A stretch of 63,754 bases of DNA, counting the filler, from Octopus bimaculoides (Eukaryota), in NCBI RefSeq assembly GCF_001194135.2. It is 11 parts of 11 records of this genome, joined end to end, with 100 filler letters (N's around TTAATTAATTAA, not from the genome) between each part and the next. Parts side by side here need not be neighbours in the genome. Positions count along the whole stretch, not along the records: positions 6,612 to 18,704 come from NC_068982.1; positions 18,805 to 28,431 come from NC_068988.1; 9 more parts are not named here. One strand, 5' to 3'. Every line of letters starts with the position of its first letter. Position 1 is the first letter of the stretch. Positions 12,974-25,980 of this stretch are shown piece by piece. A program made the position numbers and the translations under genes. The notes below the pieces were generated by a model, which saw only the letters and a list, made by a program, of their open reading frames with translations, was not told the origin of the DNA and made no database searches.

Positions 12974-13984
12974 CTTGGGCCCGCGACTCCTCACCGAGTT
13001 GTAAGGCGTTGTCGTGACATACAGCGTGACTTACGCCTGTTTAAGTTTAGCGGAGCCCATTTCTTCAGAGATGATCACGACTAGTGTCTGAGAGAGATAG
13101 AGTGAGAGAGAAAGTTAAAGCCCATCAAGGGAGTGGTACTTTATCTACCCCAAAGGCATGAAAGGCAATGTTTACCTCAGCGGTATTTGAACATAGTGCG
13201 CGTAAGACCAGGACGGGCCCCACTAAGCCTTCCATCCGACGCTCTGGTGACATATAACTTACGATAAAAATAGTGAATATACATCAATCCCCGAATACAT
13301 CGACTTATCCCGGAATTTTTGCATGTAAATGTTATGTTTTGTTTTAAATTGTTTTTTTATAATTCTCTAGAGTTTCAGCCATTTAACGAAAGTGATATGC
13401 GTGCGTGTGCGTAAGAGAAAGAAAGGGGGACAGAACGGAAGACGGAAAGGGGAAATGTGAGAGAGACACACAGACAGACAGGCAGAAAGACAGACAGAAT
13501 GAGAAGGAAGAGAAAGAAACGACTGGCAGTTCTGATAGGAATTAATAAATCGGTGTCAAGCTGGTTAATGGCACAAACGAAAAGGCAAAAGACGTTGTCA
13601 GGAAGAACGTGAAGAGTATTGTGTAATGGTATACCAGCTCGGTTATCCCGTAGCAGCAGGCGAGCTACTAATGTGAAAGGTGCGGCACACATTTTGACTT
13701 ACTCATTGAGAGAGCTTCACACGGAAAAGACAAATCGGCCAGATCATTACCTACCGCATAGACAACTTATAGATTATTATCTACAATCCGACCTTTTGAC
13801 ATTATGCATTAATATTCGAACTGCCGTCGCCTGACCACATTGAGAGAGTCGTTGTTGTATTAATGATGGTCGTATATAATCTACGTCTACATGTGTTTCT
13901 TTTAAGGGTCTTATGTTTCTGCTTGTGTTTGTATTTTATTTCAGAATGATTTTCTCTCTACGCAAGTCTATACATATCTTTTAT

Positions 13985-14392
13985 CTTTAATCTTTTTCAC
14001 TTGTTTCAGTCATTAGACTGCGGCCATGCTGGGGCACCACCTTGAAAAATTTTTAGTCAAATGAATCGATCTCAGTATTTTCTTTTTTTAAAGCTTGGTA
14101 CTTATTCTGTCGGACTCCTTTATCGAACCGTTAAGTTACGGAGACGTAAACACACCAACACCGGTTGTCAAAGGGTACTGGGAGACAGACACTGATACAC
14201 ACACACACACACACACACATACACACACACATACATTGGCTTCTTTCAGTTTCCGTCTACCAAATCCACTCACCAAGCTTTGGTCAGTCCGAGGCTTCAG
14301 GAGAAGATACTTTCCCGAGGTGCCACATAGTTGGACTGAATCTGAAACCAAGTAATTTGGAAGCAAGCTTCTTACCACACAGCCACACCTGT
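13985..14392 (-). mobile_element. Full-length SINE family B
   Basis: Reverse complement of the tRNA-like head, 'ggcaccttgggcaag'-type core, internal (CA)n and 3' module. Confidence 0.85.
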
Positions 14393-14780
14393 TGATTTTT
14401 TTTTCATGGCTTAGACAGAAAAGAAAGGGACAGTGCTCTTTAATTTTTGCTTGTCCTCCGACACTCATGGGGAAAAAAATAAACAAACAACTGCGTGTCA
14501 TTGGTTGTATTATCTTCTATCACAACCAGCATTCAGCATTCTAAAATTATCATTAAAATTCTGAGTGCTTGGAATTGAATGGACTACACTATTGTCACCT
14601 AATGATGTTGAACTAAAAGGGACAACTGGATTTAGCCTACCGAACAAAAAAATGTGTGTTTCTGGGTGGGGAGGGTTCATGCGTGCGCATGCACGTGAAG
14701 AAATTGTAAAGAGACTGACTGATTCAAGACAAAATATTCATTTTTGAAGTAATGGTCTTCAATCTTCCTCATATGCCATT

Positions 14781-14990
14781 ATTCTTTTCTACTCTAGGCA
14801 CAAGGCCCGAAATTTTGTGGGAGTGTTCCAGTCGATTAGATTGACCCCAGTATGCAACTGGTACTTAATTTATCGACCCCCGAAAGGCAAAGTCGACCTC
14901 AGCGGAATTTGAACTCAGAACGTAAAGACAGACGAAATACCGCTAAGCATTTCGCCCACCGTGCTAACATTTCTGCCAGCTCGCCGCCTT
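14781..14990 (-). mobile_element. Full-length SINE family A with target-site duplication
   Basis: Exact 10-bp TSD ATATGCCATT at 14771-14780 and 14991-15000. Confidence 0.92.
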
Positions 14991-15199
14991 ATATGCCATT
15001 GTTGTTATTCCAGTACTTATAGACATTGTGGATTTGATGGTACACCAATTCGACAAGTTGTTTTGCTTTGCCTTACAAACGTCTTAATAAGCATATATAT
15101 ACCCTTCCGTACACTCTGCTTCGGTCAATGGAAAACACGTCGTTGCACACATCGGTCAAAGCTCCTTCTAAAAATTGCAGTGAGGATATATGGAATCTG

Positions 15200-15350
15200 C
15201 AGAGTTGAAATTCCGCCGAGGTCGACTTTGCCTTTCATCCTTTCGGGGTCGATAAATTAAGTACCAGTTGCGTACTGGGTCGACCTAATCGACTGCACCC
15301 CCCCACTCCCAAAAAATTTTTGGGCCTTGTGCCTGGAGCAGAAAAGGATA
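15200..15350 (+). mobile_element. 5'-truncated SINE family A, inverted relative to 14781-14990
   Basis: gagttgaaattccgccgaggtcgactttgcc...gggccttgtgcctggagcagaaaag. Confidence 0.85.
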
Positions 15351-15523
15351 TATGGAATCTGGATTGAGACGATTAGGTGCAGTAGTTTAGGCGTTAACGA
15401 TTTGGCATGATTTACTGGTTATCCGCTAGTTTTAGCGGTAATACTTTTTGGCGCAGAAGAAAGTAAGTAAGAAAGTAAAAGCCGATTCGAATAGTTTCGA
15501 TGTAAAAATATGAGAAACCTAAT

Positions 15524-15689
15524 TAGGTGCAGGAGTGACTGTGTGGTAAGTAGCTTGCTTACCAACCACATGGTTCCAGGTTCAGTCCCACTGCGTGGCA
15601 CCTTGGGCAAGTGTCTTCTACTAAAGCCTCAGGCCGACCAAAGCCTTATGAGTGAATTTGGTAGACGGAAACTGAAAGAATCCCGTCGA

Positions 15690-15747
<58 letters not shown>

Positions 15748-15950
15748 GTGTGTGGGTGTGTGTTTGTTCCCCCACCATCGCTTGACAACCGATGCTGATG
15801 TGTTTACGTTCCCGTTAGCTAGCGGTTCGACAAAAGAGACCGCTAGAATAAGTACTACGCTTACAGAGAATAAGTCCTGGGGTCGATTTGTTCGACTAAA
15901 GGCGGTGCTCTAGCATGGCCGCAGTCAAATAACTGAAACAAATAATAGAA
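15524..15950 (+). mobile_element. Full-length SINE family B with internal (GATA)n
   Basis: A-box-like GTGACTGTGTGG, B-box-like GGTTCAGTCCC, core ggcaccttgggcaagtgtc (resembles the CORE/MIR domain), and the conserved 3' module. Confidence 0.88.
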
Positions 15951-16277
15951 TTAAGGAATTTTAAAAAATATTAACCTATAAATTTGTAGACATAATCCGT
16001 CGCTCTGTTTAACACCACCATCTGACATTACAAAGCCTTTTAGCGAAGCACTCACTGTTAGAAAGCGTTCAAGCTAAGTGACCGGTGTGTTCCAATAATC
16101 TTGAAGTCCTTGCAAAAAGGTTCTGTGGCGTTACCTTTCTTCAGCCTCTGACTAAATCATTAAGAAGAAGAAGAAAAAAACAGACCAAAGTCTTCTATGT
16201 CTTAAGCATTTCTGTAAAAACAATATTTCTTTGCGTGAAGTCAGTAGAATTTTTTTCTTTGTCAGTTTAAGCAGATG

Positions 16278-16347
<70 letters not shown>

Positions 16348-18113
16348 TGTGTGTGCGTGCGTGTGTGGAGAGAGAGAGAGAGAGAGAGAGAGCGGTAGAA
16401 CACTACTAGACACACTTACTAATGTAAGCTTGATCGAAAAGTCCAAAACGAGAAAGTAAAATCGTGCAGAAATAAGAATTAAATTTTACAAAAAAGAATA
16501 AATAAATAAATATAAAAATAAAATAAAGTAAAAATAATCTAGACAACTCATTTTTTAAAATAAACAATTTACTGGGATTGAGCACCAGCTAAAGCTATTC
16601 CGCAACAATTCGCAAAGTTTCATACATGAACAAAAACAAAAACAAAAACAAAAAACAAAAAACAAAAAACAAAACATGCCCACAAATGATCCATGTGACA
16701 CACACAACATCTATATCGGCTGAATCAACAACGTTGATATCTCATCAGCTAATAACAAGGAAAAGAAAAATAGCTGGGAAATAAGCAATTGTCATTCGAA
16801 ATGCCAGCAACTTGACTTTGGATAGTTAAATGTTTCTTATTTACTTTAAAAACTACTGAGCGGGCTATCAGCCTTTTAGCGAAGTGATAGTAAGTAACAA
16901 GTTGATAAAACTGAACTATGGTCGTATAGTCAACAACGCAAAACATAAACAAATATATGCGTGAGAGTGTATGTGTGTGTATGTGTGTGTGTGTGTGTGT
17001 GTGCGTGCGTGCGCGTGCGCGTTTGTGTGTAAGAGCACACACAGACACGCACAAACACAAAGACACACATATGCACAAACACGTGCGCACACAGGCACAC
17101 ACATATACATATATATACACACAGACATATTTACATATATGTGTGCGTGTGTGTGTATTCACATGCACGTGTGTGCGCAAGCATATATATATATATATGT
17201 TTGTGTGTGCATGTGAGTGTACATATGTATACATACGTGCATTTATATATATATATATACATATATACACACACACACATATATATATATGTATATATGT
17301 GTATGCGTATATATGTTTGTGTGCGTGCGCGCATGCACGTATGTGTGCAAGTATATATATATATATGTGTGTGTGTNNNNNNNNNNNNNNNNNNNNNNNN
17401 NNNNNNNNNNNNNNNNNNNNNNNNNNNNNNNNNNNNNNNNNNNNNNNNNNNNNNNNNNNNNNNNNNNNNNNNNNNNNNNNNNNNNNNNNNNNNNNNNNNN
17501 NNNNNNNNNNNNNNNNNNNNNNNNNNNNNNNNNNNNNNNNNNNNNNNNNNNNNNNNNNNNNNNNNNNNNNNNNNNNNNNNNNNNNNNNNNNNNNNNNNNN
17601 NNNNNNNNNNNNNNNNNNNNNNNNNNNNNNNNNNNNNNNNNNNNNNNNNNNNNNNNNNNNNNNNNNNNNNNNNNNNNNNNNNNNNNNNNNNNNNNNNNNN
17701 NNNNNNNNNNNNNNNNNNNNNNNNNNNNNNNNNNNNNNNNNNNNNNNNNNNNNNNNNNNNNNNNNNNNNNNNNNNNNNNNNNNNNNNNNNNNNNNNNNNN
17801 NNNNNNNNNNNNNNNNNNNNNNNNNNNNNNNNNNNNNNNNNNNNNNNNNNNNNNNNNNNNNNNNNNNNNNNNNNNNNNNNNNNNNNNNNNNNNNNNNNNN
17901 NNNNNNNNNNNNNNNNNNNNNNNNNNNNNNNNNNNNNNNNNNAAAAAAAAAAAAAAAAAAAAAAAAAATTGAAGAAATATTTTACATTTATAAACAAGAC
18001 ATTCACTTGATCTCAGTGACAGTTACCATAGATTATATAACAACTATAAACTAACAACATATACACCGTATCTACAATATAACCATTAACCTCTTTAGAT
18101 AATAATAATAATG

Positions 18114-18162
<49 letters not shown>

Positions 18163-18673
18163 ATGTCACGATGTCAATCACAGAGTTTCCAGCAATTAAA
18201 TAGTGTAGCTAGACAGACCAATTGACTCTATGAACGGAATTAGGTAACGACTGTGATCGCTTAGTTACCAACGAAGTTATTACAAGGCCAAACCTATAAA
18301 AAGTTTGTTTTGTATAAAAATGTGTGTATAAATAAATACGAATGGCGGTTAACCTTAGTCTTCTTGAGTTTTATGGAGAAATATAATGCCTTTTACTGGC
18401 TGCGTTACATTTCTTCACGATTCTGGTGCCATGTCTAAACTATATTGTGTGTAGTGAGTGTGGTGTGGTGTGATGTGGTGTGGTGCATGCTATTATATAG
18501 GTGTGTCTGTGCGGTAAAAAGCTTGCTTCCCAGACACATGGTTCCAGGTTCAGTCCTCCTGACGTGATACCTTGGGCAAGTGTCTTCTACAATAAATTAG
18601 GGCCGGCCCAAACCTTGTCAGAGTATTTGGTCGATAGAAACTGAAAGAAGCCCATCGTGTGTATGTATATGCA

Positions 18674-18704
<31 letters not shown>

Positions 18705-18804
18705 NNNNNNNNNNNNNNNNNNNNNNNNNNNNNNNNNNNNNNNNNNNNTTAATTAATTAANNNNNNNNNNNNNNNNNNNNNNNNNNNNNNNNNNNNNNNN
18801 NNNN

Positions 18805-18849
<45 letters not shown>

Positions 18850-18851
<2 letters not shown>

Positions 18852-19565
18852 CAGGCTTCCACACAGTTTTCATCTACCAAACTCACTCGCAAGGCAGTGG
18901 TTGGCCCAGGTCTATAGTAGAAGACAGTTGCACAATGTGCTGTGGTGTGGGACTGAGCCTGAATCCATGTGGCGGCAAAGCTAGAGCTTTAACCACACAA
19001 CCATGTCTGTGTCGGTTGTAAATTAATATTTAATTGGTGTAATTAAAACTTCTCAGACATTTCAGATACAAATAAAATACATCATTTTGTTATATTGGTG
19101 TGAAGAGAACTAACTTCATTTGAAAGATAGCTGTGGCAGAATTAACTAATGTTTGTTCATTTGTCTGTTTAATGTCTATTTTCCCATGGCAGTATGGGTT
19201 TGATGGGGAAATATTTGAGGCAGGATTTTTATAGCTGAATGCTCTTCTTGTTGCCATCTTCCTTCTCAAAAGGGAATTTCTTTTTGTTCCATGGGAATTT
19301 GAAAGTGCAGAGCTGATGGCTGATTTCTTGACAGGAATGTCAATAGATGTCACCGTTTACAGCCACAAATGATGATATCACCACTTATGGCTCAGATTGT
19401 AAACCTTCACACAAGGCTTCATTAGTTTTCATCTACCAAATACAAAGGGTTTGATGGGCCCAGGGCTGTAATAGAAGACACTTGCATAAGGTACCAGTGT
19501 AGGATTGAACCTGAAACCACATGGTTGGGAAGCAAACTTCTTAACCACACAGCCAAGCCTGCACC
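18850..19565 (-). mobile_element. Two 5' halves of SINE family B
   Basis: Reverse-complement matches at about 18850-19010 and 19410-19565. Confidence 0.75.
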
Positions 19566-21759
19566 TATGTTTTTCAGTAAATCCCCAAGACCACAATGGA
19601 ATCAGGATGTGAAGAAATCGGATGAAGAGCTTTAATATACGTTGAGGTACTCTTGTGAATTCAGAGGTAAAACAACAAAAATAAACATCTGAATAATAAT
19701 TAGTAGATTAATTAAAATATTTATGGAATTATTTCTGCTGTTTGCTTCTTTCTAAAGAAGTTTATATCTACTTATAGAATAAAGAACATCAACCTGACAT
19801 GGAATTAAATAGTTTTCTGGAAATTTAGATTGTTGCAGGAGTTGATGGTGCAAATGTGTGTGTGTGTGTATATACATTTATGTTTACATGTGTGTGTGTA
19901 TGTATGTATATAAATTGTGTGTGAGAGTTTGTTTTGCAAGCTACATCAGTCAGAATTTTCTGCAATCAGTAAAAATAAGACACAAAATAAATAAATAAAA
20001 TGTTTCTATTTATTTATTTTGTAATTAGAAGCATTCTTATATTCTTATAGATTCCCACATTTTTTGATGTGGCAATTCTGCAGGATTTATGGAGATTCTC
20101 TGAATGTTTTCTCAGTTCAAATGAAACCTTTATGGCGCTGAGATAAACTACAAAGTAAAAACACTTTTATTACTTTCCCCATTAACTATAATATTTGAGT
20201 TTGAGTCAGCAGAGAACCACATCGATGCTGTTGTATATTGGTGTGTCATTACTGTAATTAGAGAGTAAAAGATGTGACTTAATTAGTTTTAGAGGGGAAC
20301 AGGTTTGCTTCGTACATTTTATCTATCTGAAGTCACACCTGTCCAGATTGATTAGCCATCAGGTGTCTTATCAAAGATCAAAGGTTTGTAACTTGGCATC
20401 AGTTTCTGGACCCACCACCATCATTATCATTTAACCCCCAATTTTCCTTGCATTCATGGGTCAGATGGAATTTGCTGTGGCAGTTTTCTATGACCTGTTA
20501 CCAACCTTCATCTGTTTCCAAGCAACGTAGTATTTCCTCAAGGCCAGGCATGATTTGCACTGGAGACTGGAAATGAGCAACCTCACTTATATGACAGTGA
20601 TGCTCGTTTACAACCATCATGTGATGTCAGGTCATGGGCATACAAACACACATATATTTATATATTAATGACTTGTTGGTACATGGTATTTCGTTATGCA
20701 ACCGTAACATACTTTAAAGTATATCAAACATCTTTATAAGTCAATACTGTATTCTTCTGTGTTAGCAATGTTACTACATTTCTTGTTAAAGTTATCTCTA
20801 TACATATTCTAGAGAATATCTACAGGGATAACCTTAACAAATATATCTATGTGCGTGTGTGTATGTGTATGATGGGTATCTGTACAGATATTACACAGCA
20901 AATTCTACCGAAGGAATCCATCAACTGAAGTAATGGTTGAAGGAACTTGCCTAAGGTGCTGCATTGAGGAGCAAATCTGAAACTACATGACAATGAAATG
21001 AACTTCTTAACCATTGGCAATTCCTGTACCCATCACCACCTCCACGATGCCAGTTAGATTAGTACCAATATGACCACAATCATTTCACATCTCTTGTTTA
21101 TATTTAATTACTGTAGTTATATAACGAGCATTGAGCTGCTAATGTTTTTTAACTTTGGAAATATGATAGACTGTTGAACAACAGCCCAACACACAAACAC
21201 TAAGAATCTATTCCCGTTGTAATTCGGTGGATAATCCTGTTTGTTGGCCTAGATTATTTTTTCTTCCTCCAACTACAGCAAGCTATGGCAGAGATTTACA
21301 AAAAGCAACATAAATAATAATAAAAAAAGCCCTAAAAATTATTGATTTTTAAGGCAATCATTAAAAAAAATATGTCCTCATAATATATATTTTCTCCTTG
21401 TTATTTTCCCATTATTATTTTTATCTATTTTTACATTATTCCGTAACGCCATGAACGGAAACAAACAGAAAATGGATTTCAAAAACACATCAAACTTTTA
21501 TTACTTCTTTATTTCCATAAAAATTGCGTAAATTTTACTTTCTTTTATTTAGTCTTTTCTTCATTTTATATATTCATTTATGTTGCTGCAACACATAATA
21601 ATAATAATAATAAATTCTAGGTTTACATTTCAGGTGTCTGTGTACATTTTAGTGTCCATTATTTATGTTACCATGTTTGAGTGGGTTGGCTATGCCAGCA
21701 AATTTAGAAATTTGCATGATAGTTATTTCCTTTTTCATTATTATTATTGTTATTTTTCT

Positions 21760-22170
21760 CAGCACACCCCTTTCAATGCTAGCATGGGTAAGATAGATAT
21801 GTAAATTTATATATCATCATTGTTTAGCGTGTTTCCCATGCCAGCTTTCCATGCTGGCATGGGTTAGACTGAAACTGGTAAGCTGCATTAAGTTCCTGTC
21901 TGATTTGGCACAGTTCTATGGCTGGATGCCCTTCCTAATGTCGACCACTCCAGGAGTGTAATGGGTGCTTTTTATGTGTCACTAACATGGGTGCCAGTTA
22001 CATGACACCGGCATCGGCCACAACTATGATTTCACTTGGCTTGACAAGTCTTCTCAAGCATGGCATATCACCAATGGTCTCAGTCACTTGTCATCACCTC
22101 TGTGAGGCCCATCTTTCAAAGGGTGCTCTTTATGTGACACCACCATTGGCCACAACTACAATTTCACATA
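21760..22170 (-). mobile_element. Decayed SINE/LINE-tail family C
   Basis: 'ttccatgctggcatgggt...ggatgcccttcctaatgtcgaccac' also occurs at about 20430-20640 and 28195-28431. Confidence 0.65.
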
Positions 22171-22364
22171 TTTAATATAAGGGTTGTTATTGTATGCATT
22201 TACTGCAGCTCTTATGTGAACTCTCAGTATTTCTCTTTCACCACTTCTTTTCTCTATATACAATGGACAGTGTGACTGGCACTACCGACCAACCAACCAA
22301 CCAACCAACCAACCAACCAATATTCTTATCAGTCATTCTTAGAATATATCAACAGTATGTTTAA

Positions 22365-22545
22365 CACTTTAGCATTTAAAACGGCCATGTCCAGACAAAA
22401 TATTCTACCTATTTTATGTTCCAACTGACCAGATCAAGCCTCTCACACTTACCCTACAATGTCATTCTAGAAATAAACAATCATATCATTGCAAACTCAA
22501 GGCTATGAGATAATGCATGATTAATTCAAAGCAATGTGAACAAGA
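22365..22545. mobile_element. Partial piggyBac-type MITE, same family as 29512-29730 in the opposite orientation
   Basis: TTAA followed by cactttagcatt. The internal 'accctacaatgtcattctag' is the reverse complement of sequence in the 29.6-kb copy. Truncated by the adjacent HINE. Confidence 0.6.
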
Positions 22546-22874
22546 GCACTGAGAGAGTGCAAACCAAGGCAACACCAACGACCTCTCAGTGATTAGCCAG
22601 AGATGATTTTTTAAAATGGGAATATCTGAAGTAAACTTGACTCCTCTCACAAACGAAAATACTAAAAATGAACCTGACCGCTCTCAAAAATCAAGTAAAA
22701 AATAGGAATAATAATCCAGAATCCTTGACCAGAACCAGATCAATCCCAAAATATGATCAGGTCATGCCAGTCACAAGGTCAAACACCCCTGAAAATTTCA
22801 TCAGAATCCATCCAGTCATTCTTGAGATATTTTGTTCACGGACAAACAAACAAATGTGACTGAAAACAATACCT
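22546..22874 (-). mobile_element. Helentron-type non-autonomous element, second copy
   Basis: Collinear reverse complement of 8684-9062 (aaggcaacaccaac...ccagaatccttg...caaacaaacaaa...aaaacaatacct). Confidence 0.82.
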
Positions 22875-22943
22875 AGATATATGTTGGTTGATTTTTTTGT
22901 TTTTTTTCTCTGCTGCTCATTCTGTTGTTGCTTCTGCTTTTAG

Positions 22944-23148
22944 GGAGATTATGCGTGAGATTCAGCGCTTACGCATGGAACAAGAAGCAAATGCCAAAAA
23001 CATGGAAGTTCAGTATGACCCCACATTACTGGCGGAGTTGAGGTTACTGCGGCAACGGAAGGATGAACTTGAGGCTCGGATGCAATCATTGCAGGAAAGT
23101 CGGAAAGAACTGATGGTTCAGCTGGAAGGATTAATGAAATTATTAAAG
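22944..23148 (+). CDS. DTN: Dystrobrevin exon, coiled-coil (dystrophin-binding) region
   Basis: (R)[13 protein letters not shown]...[43 protein letters not shown], near-identical to the alpha/beta-dystrobrevin motif. Acceptor tttag|G at 22942-43 (phase 2), donor AAG|gtaaga at 23149 (phase 0). Confidence 0.95.
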
Positions 23149-24189
23149 GTAAGAAGAAGTTCATTGGAGACTAATGCATTTCACACATGTACACAGGTGG
23201 AAAATAAGGTGGAGAAAAAAATGGTACTCGACTACCAGAGGTAGAGTAAAACACTATTTTATTGAAACTGGAAAAGATTTCACAAAGTGTTACTCAGAGT
23301 TAGTTGTGAGTATTTTGTTTCAAATACTCACAACTGTCTGGTTTGGTTACATGAAACTCTGAGCAACAGTTTGGTGGGGTTTTATTCTGCTTCAATAATA
23401 TACTATACTAGCTGACCATGTGCTGTTAATAATGGCTAATTGTTGTATTTTATATATAAATAAAGTACAAAATAAGGTCCATGATAATCGCACATACATT
23501 CACGCTGAAACGATTTTTTTTTCACCCCTTCTTTCCTTGTTCATCTATCACCCCTTCCTTTCTCTCATTGGTATTACTTTCCTCTCAGTCAGGGCTATTA
23601 CTCTCACTACTTCTCCTTCACTGAATTACTATTTTCTCTCTTCCTCCATGTCCGGCGTGATTCTGGACAAATACATATATATACACAAATATATAAAAAC
23701 ACTATGCTCATTATTATATGAGGAGATATGTTTCACTAATTTTTACAAGGAAAAGATTGACAGTAACTTCAAAGTTTTTGCTTGTTCACCATCATCAGAT
23801 TGTAACTTCGAAGTTATTGTCAACCTTTTTCTTGTAAAAGTTAATATGTACTCTACTTCAGTTTAATATTAAATTATATACAACTTCATATAAAACCTAA
23901 CATTAACATATTCATATATATGTATGTATCATGTGAGAGCTGACTGCCCTGAGAAAAATATATTGAGAGGCTCATGAGAAAAATCTCATCAAATACGTGG
24001 AACCGTTGAAGCAGTCAGTGCTAAAGCCATGGTTTGCAGATGTTACGAACCAATTGAAATAGGCTGCCAGAGTGTTTGAGGGTATTCCCTCCTACAAAGT
24101 GTTAATTGGGTTTAGAGCAGAAAAGGCCATGAGCTAGATTTGTGTGAAGAGAGCAGGCTCCCTGGTTTGCTGCTAATGGAAAGTCACAT

Positions 24190-24660
24190 CAGCAGTGACT
24201 GTGTTTCAAGGTGCTCTCTGCCAGTCTTGTCCTGGAGCTGTTTTTCTACTGATTTTGGTTTTCTCCATCCGTAACCCTCGTCTTTCTAAAACCTTGTCTA
24301 GTTCCAGTCTCCTGCAAGTGCAATCATCACCAATGTCCCTCCACTTTTGAATGTTCGTGTAAAGAGACTTTTTGTGTTCTCTTACCAGAAGCCGTTTCAC
24401 TAGATATCAGGTCTTTTGGTATCTTTCTGTCTGACATGATGTGATATCCATGGCCCAGCCAACAGAAGCATCATTGTTGCTGTAGGACGAGGAGGCTGGG
24501 TGTCTGCATACAAGCCAGCACCTTGTTGTGACTTGGTGACCAGAATCCACCTTAGAGTGTGTGTGTGTGAAAGGAATTGAGACACTACCTTCTTTCGTCT
24601 TGAGTAGATGCTCCAGGTTTCACTGCCATAAAACAATGTGCTGAGGTAGGAATGAGAACC
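24190..24660 (-). mobile_element. Decayed RTE-clade LINE 3' fragment
   Basis: YLSTLFYGSETWSIYSRR, followed by degenerate post-RT thumb sequence. Confidence 0.7.
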
Positions 24661-24827
24661 CAGGTTCGAAATTTCCCCAAGACACTTGATCAGCCGAAAC
24701 GTGTTAACAACAAACAAAATGAGGACAAATATCCGTCAAATGTAAATAATGCACTTATAAACAGTTACTATAGAAACATCATTTATTGTTTGTTTTATTT
24801 TTTTTCTTTTCTTTTCTAAATCTTCAG

Positions 24828-25101
24828 AATCACAGTTCCCCGCGTTCCACTCCGAACAGCAGTCCACGGTCCCGCGGCGGGGGTCACTCCCCAATAGCGG
24901 CCGTGCCGAGTAAAGGCAGCTCCCCCAGCACGCCGATGGATGCTCTCACTGGTCTGGGCATCGGTGGAGATATCAGGCAGGCTTTCAGCCAGGTCTCCAC
25001 TGCAGGCTCTCCCAATGTACGGAATTTGCGAAATGATCTTCTAGTAGCAGCGGACTCTGTTACAAATGCAATGTCGTCTCTTGTCAAAGAACTGAATTCA
25101 G
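24828..25101 (+). CDS. DTN: Dystrobrevin exon, C-terminal region
   Basis: NHSSPRS...DALTGLGIGGDIRQAFSQ...RNLRNDLLVAADSVTNAMSSLVKELNS matches dystrobrevin RNLRNDLLVAADS.TN.MSSLVKEL.S. Polypyrimidine tract plus cag| acceptor at 24826-27 (phase 0, matching the previous donor); donor G|gtatt at 25102. Confidence 0.93.
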
Positions 25102-25581
25102 GTATTATTGCAATTTAGAAACTATGTGACAAAATGTTCTTCCCATTACCCCTTTTTCTTTACCATATTTCTACTGAATTGGTTTTAATTAATTTTGAAA
25201 ATAATGAAGAATTTAGTTAAGTAACTGGCATTATTAAACTGGAGTATGGGACATAAATTGGTTTCAAATTTTGGCGCAATTTAAGGGAGAGTTGGGGGTG
25301 GGGTTTGGTCAATTGCATTGATCCCAGTGCTCAAGTGGTACTTATTTAATTGATCCCCTAAAAGATGAAAAGCAGAATTTGAACTTGGGATGTAAAGATA
25401 GATGAAATGTTGTTAAGCATTTTGGCCAATGTGCTAACGATTCCGCCAACTCTGCACCTTGTTTGGGATATAAATTACCAGGAAATTTTGGTGGAAGGTT
25501 CAGATTTAGGTCCTTTAAAACAGGGAATTTGTATCATAGAACCAGGGGTGGTCTCAGGTGGATTGGTATGAAAAGGGTTAA

Positions 25582-25980
25582 AGGAGTGGCTGTGTGGTAA
25601 GTAGCTTGCTTCTGGGTTCAGTCCCACTGTGTGGCACCTTGGGCAAGTGCCTTCTACTATAGCCTCGGGCCGACCAAAGCCTTGTGAGTGGATTTAGTAG
25701 ATGGAAACTGAAAGAAGCCCATCGTATATATATATATATATATATATATAGGAATACATAGATATATGTGTTTCTGTGTCTATGTTTGTTCCCTCACTCC
25801 ATCACTTGATAACTGATGTTGGTGTGTTTACATCCCCGTAACTTAGCAGTTCAGCAAAAGAGACCGATAGAATAAGTACTAAGTTTACAAAGAATAAGTT
25901 CTGGGGTCAATGTGTTCAACTAAAGGTGGTGCTCCAGCATGGCCACAGTCAAATGACTGAAACAAGTGAAAGAATAAAAA
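25582..25980 (+). mobile_element. Full-length SINE family B with internal (TA)n
   Basis: Collinear with 15524-15950; 3' hairpin CAGTC-aaat-GACTG. Confidence 0.88.

Noticed and set aside
13697-13714. Minus-strand GTAAGT donor as a second small exon
   Set aside because: No convincing acceptor or reading frame nearby.
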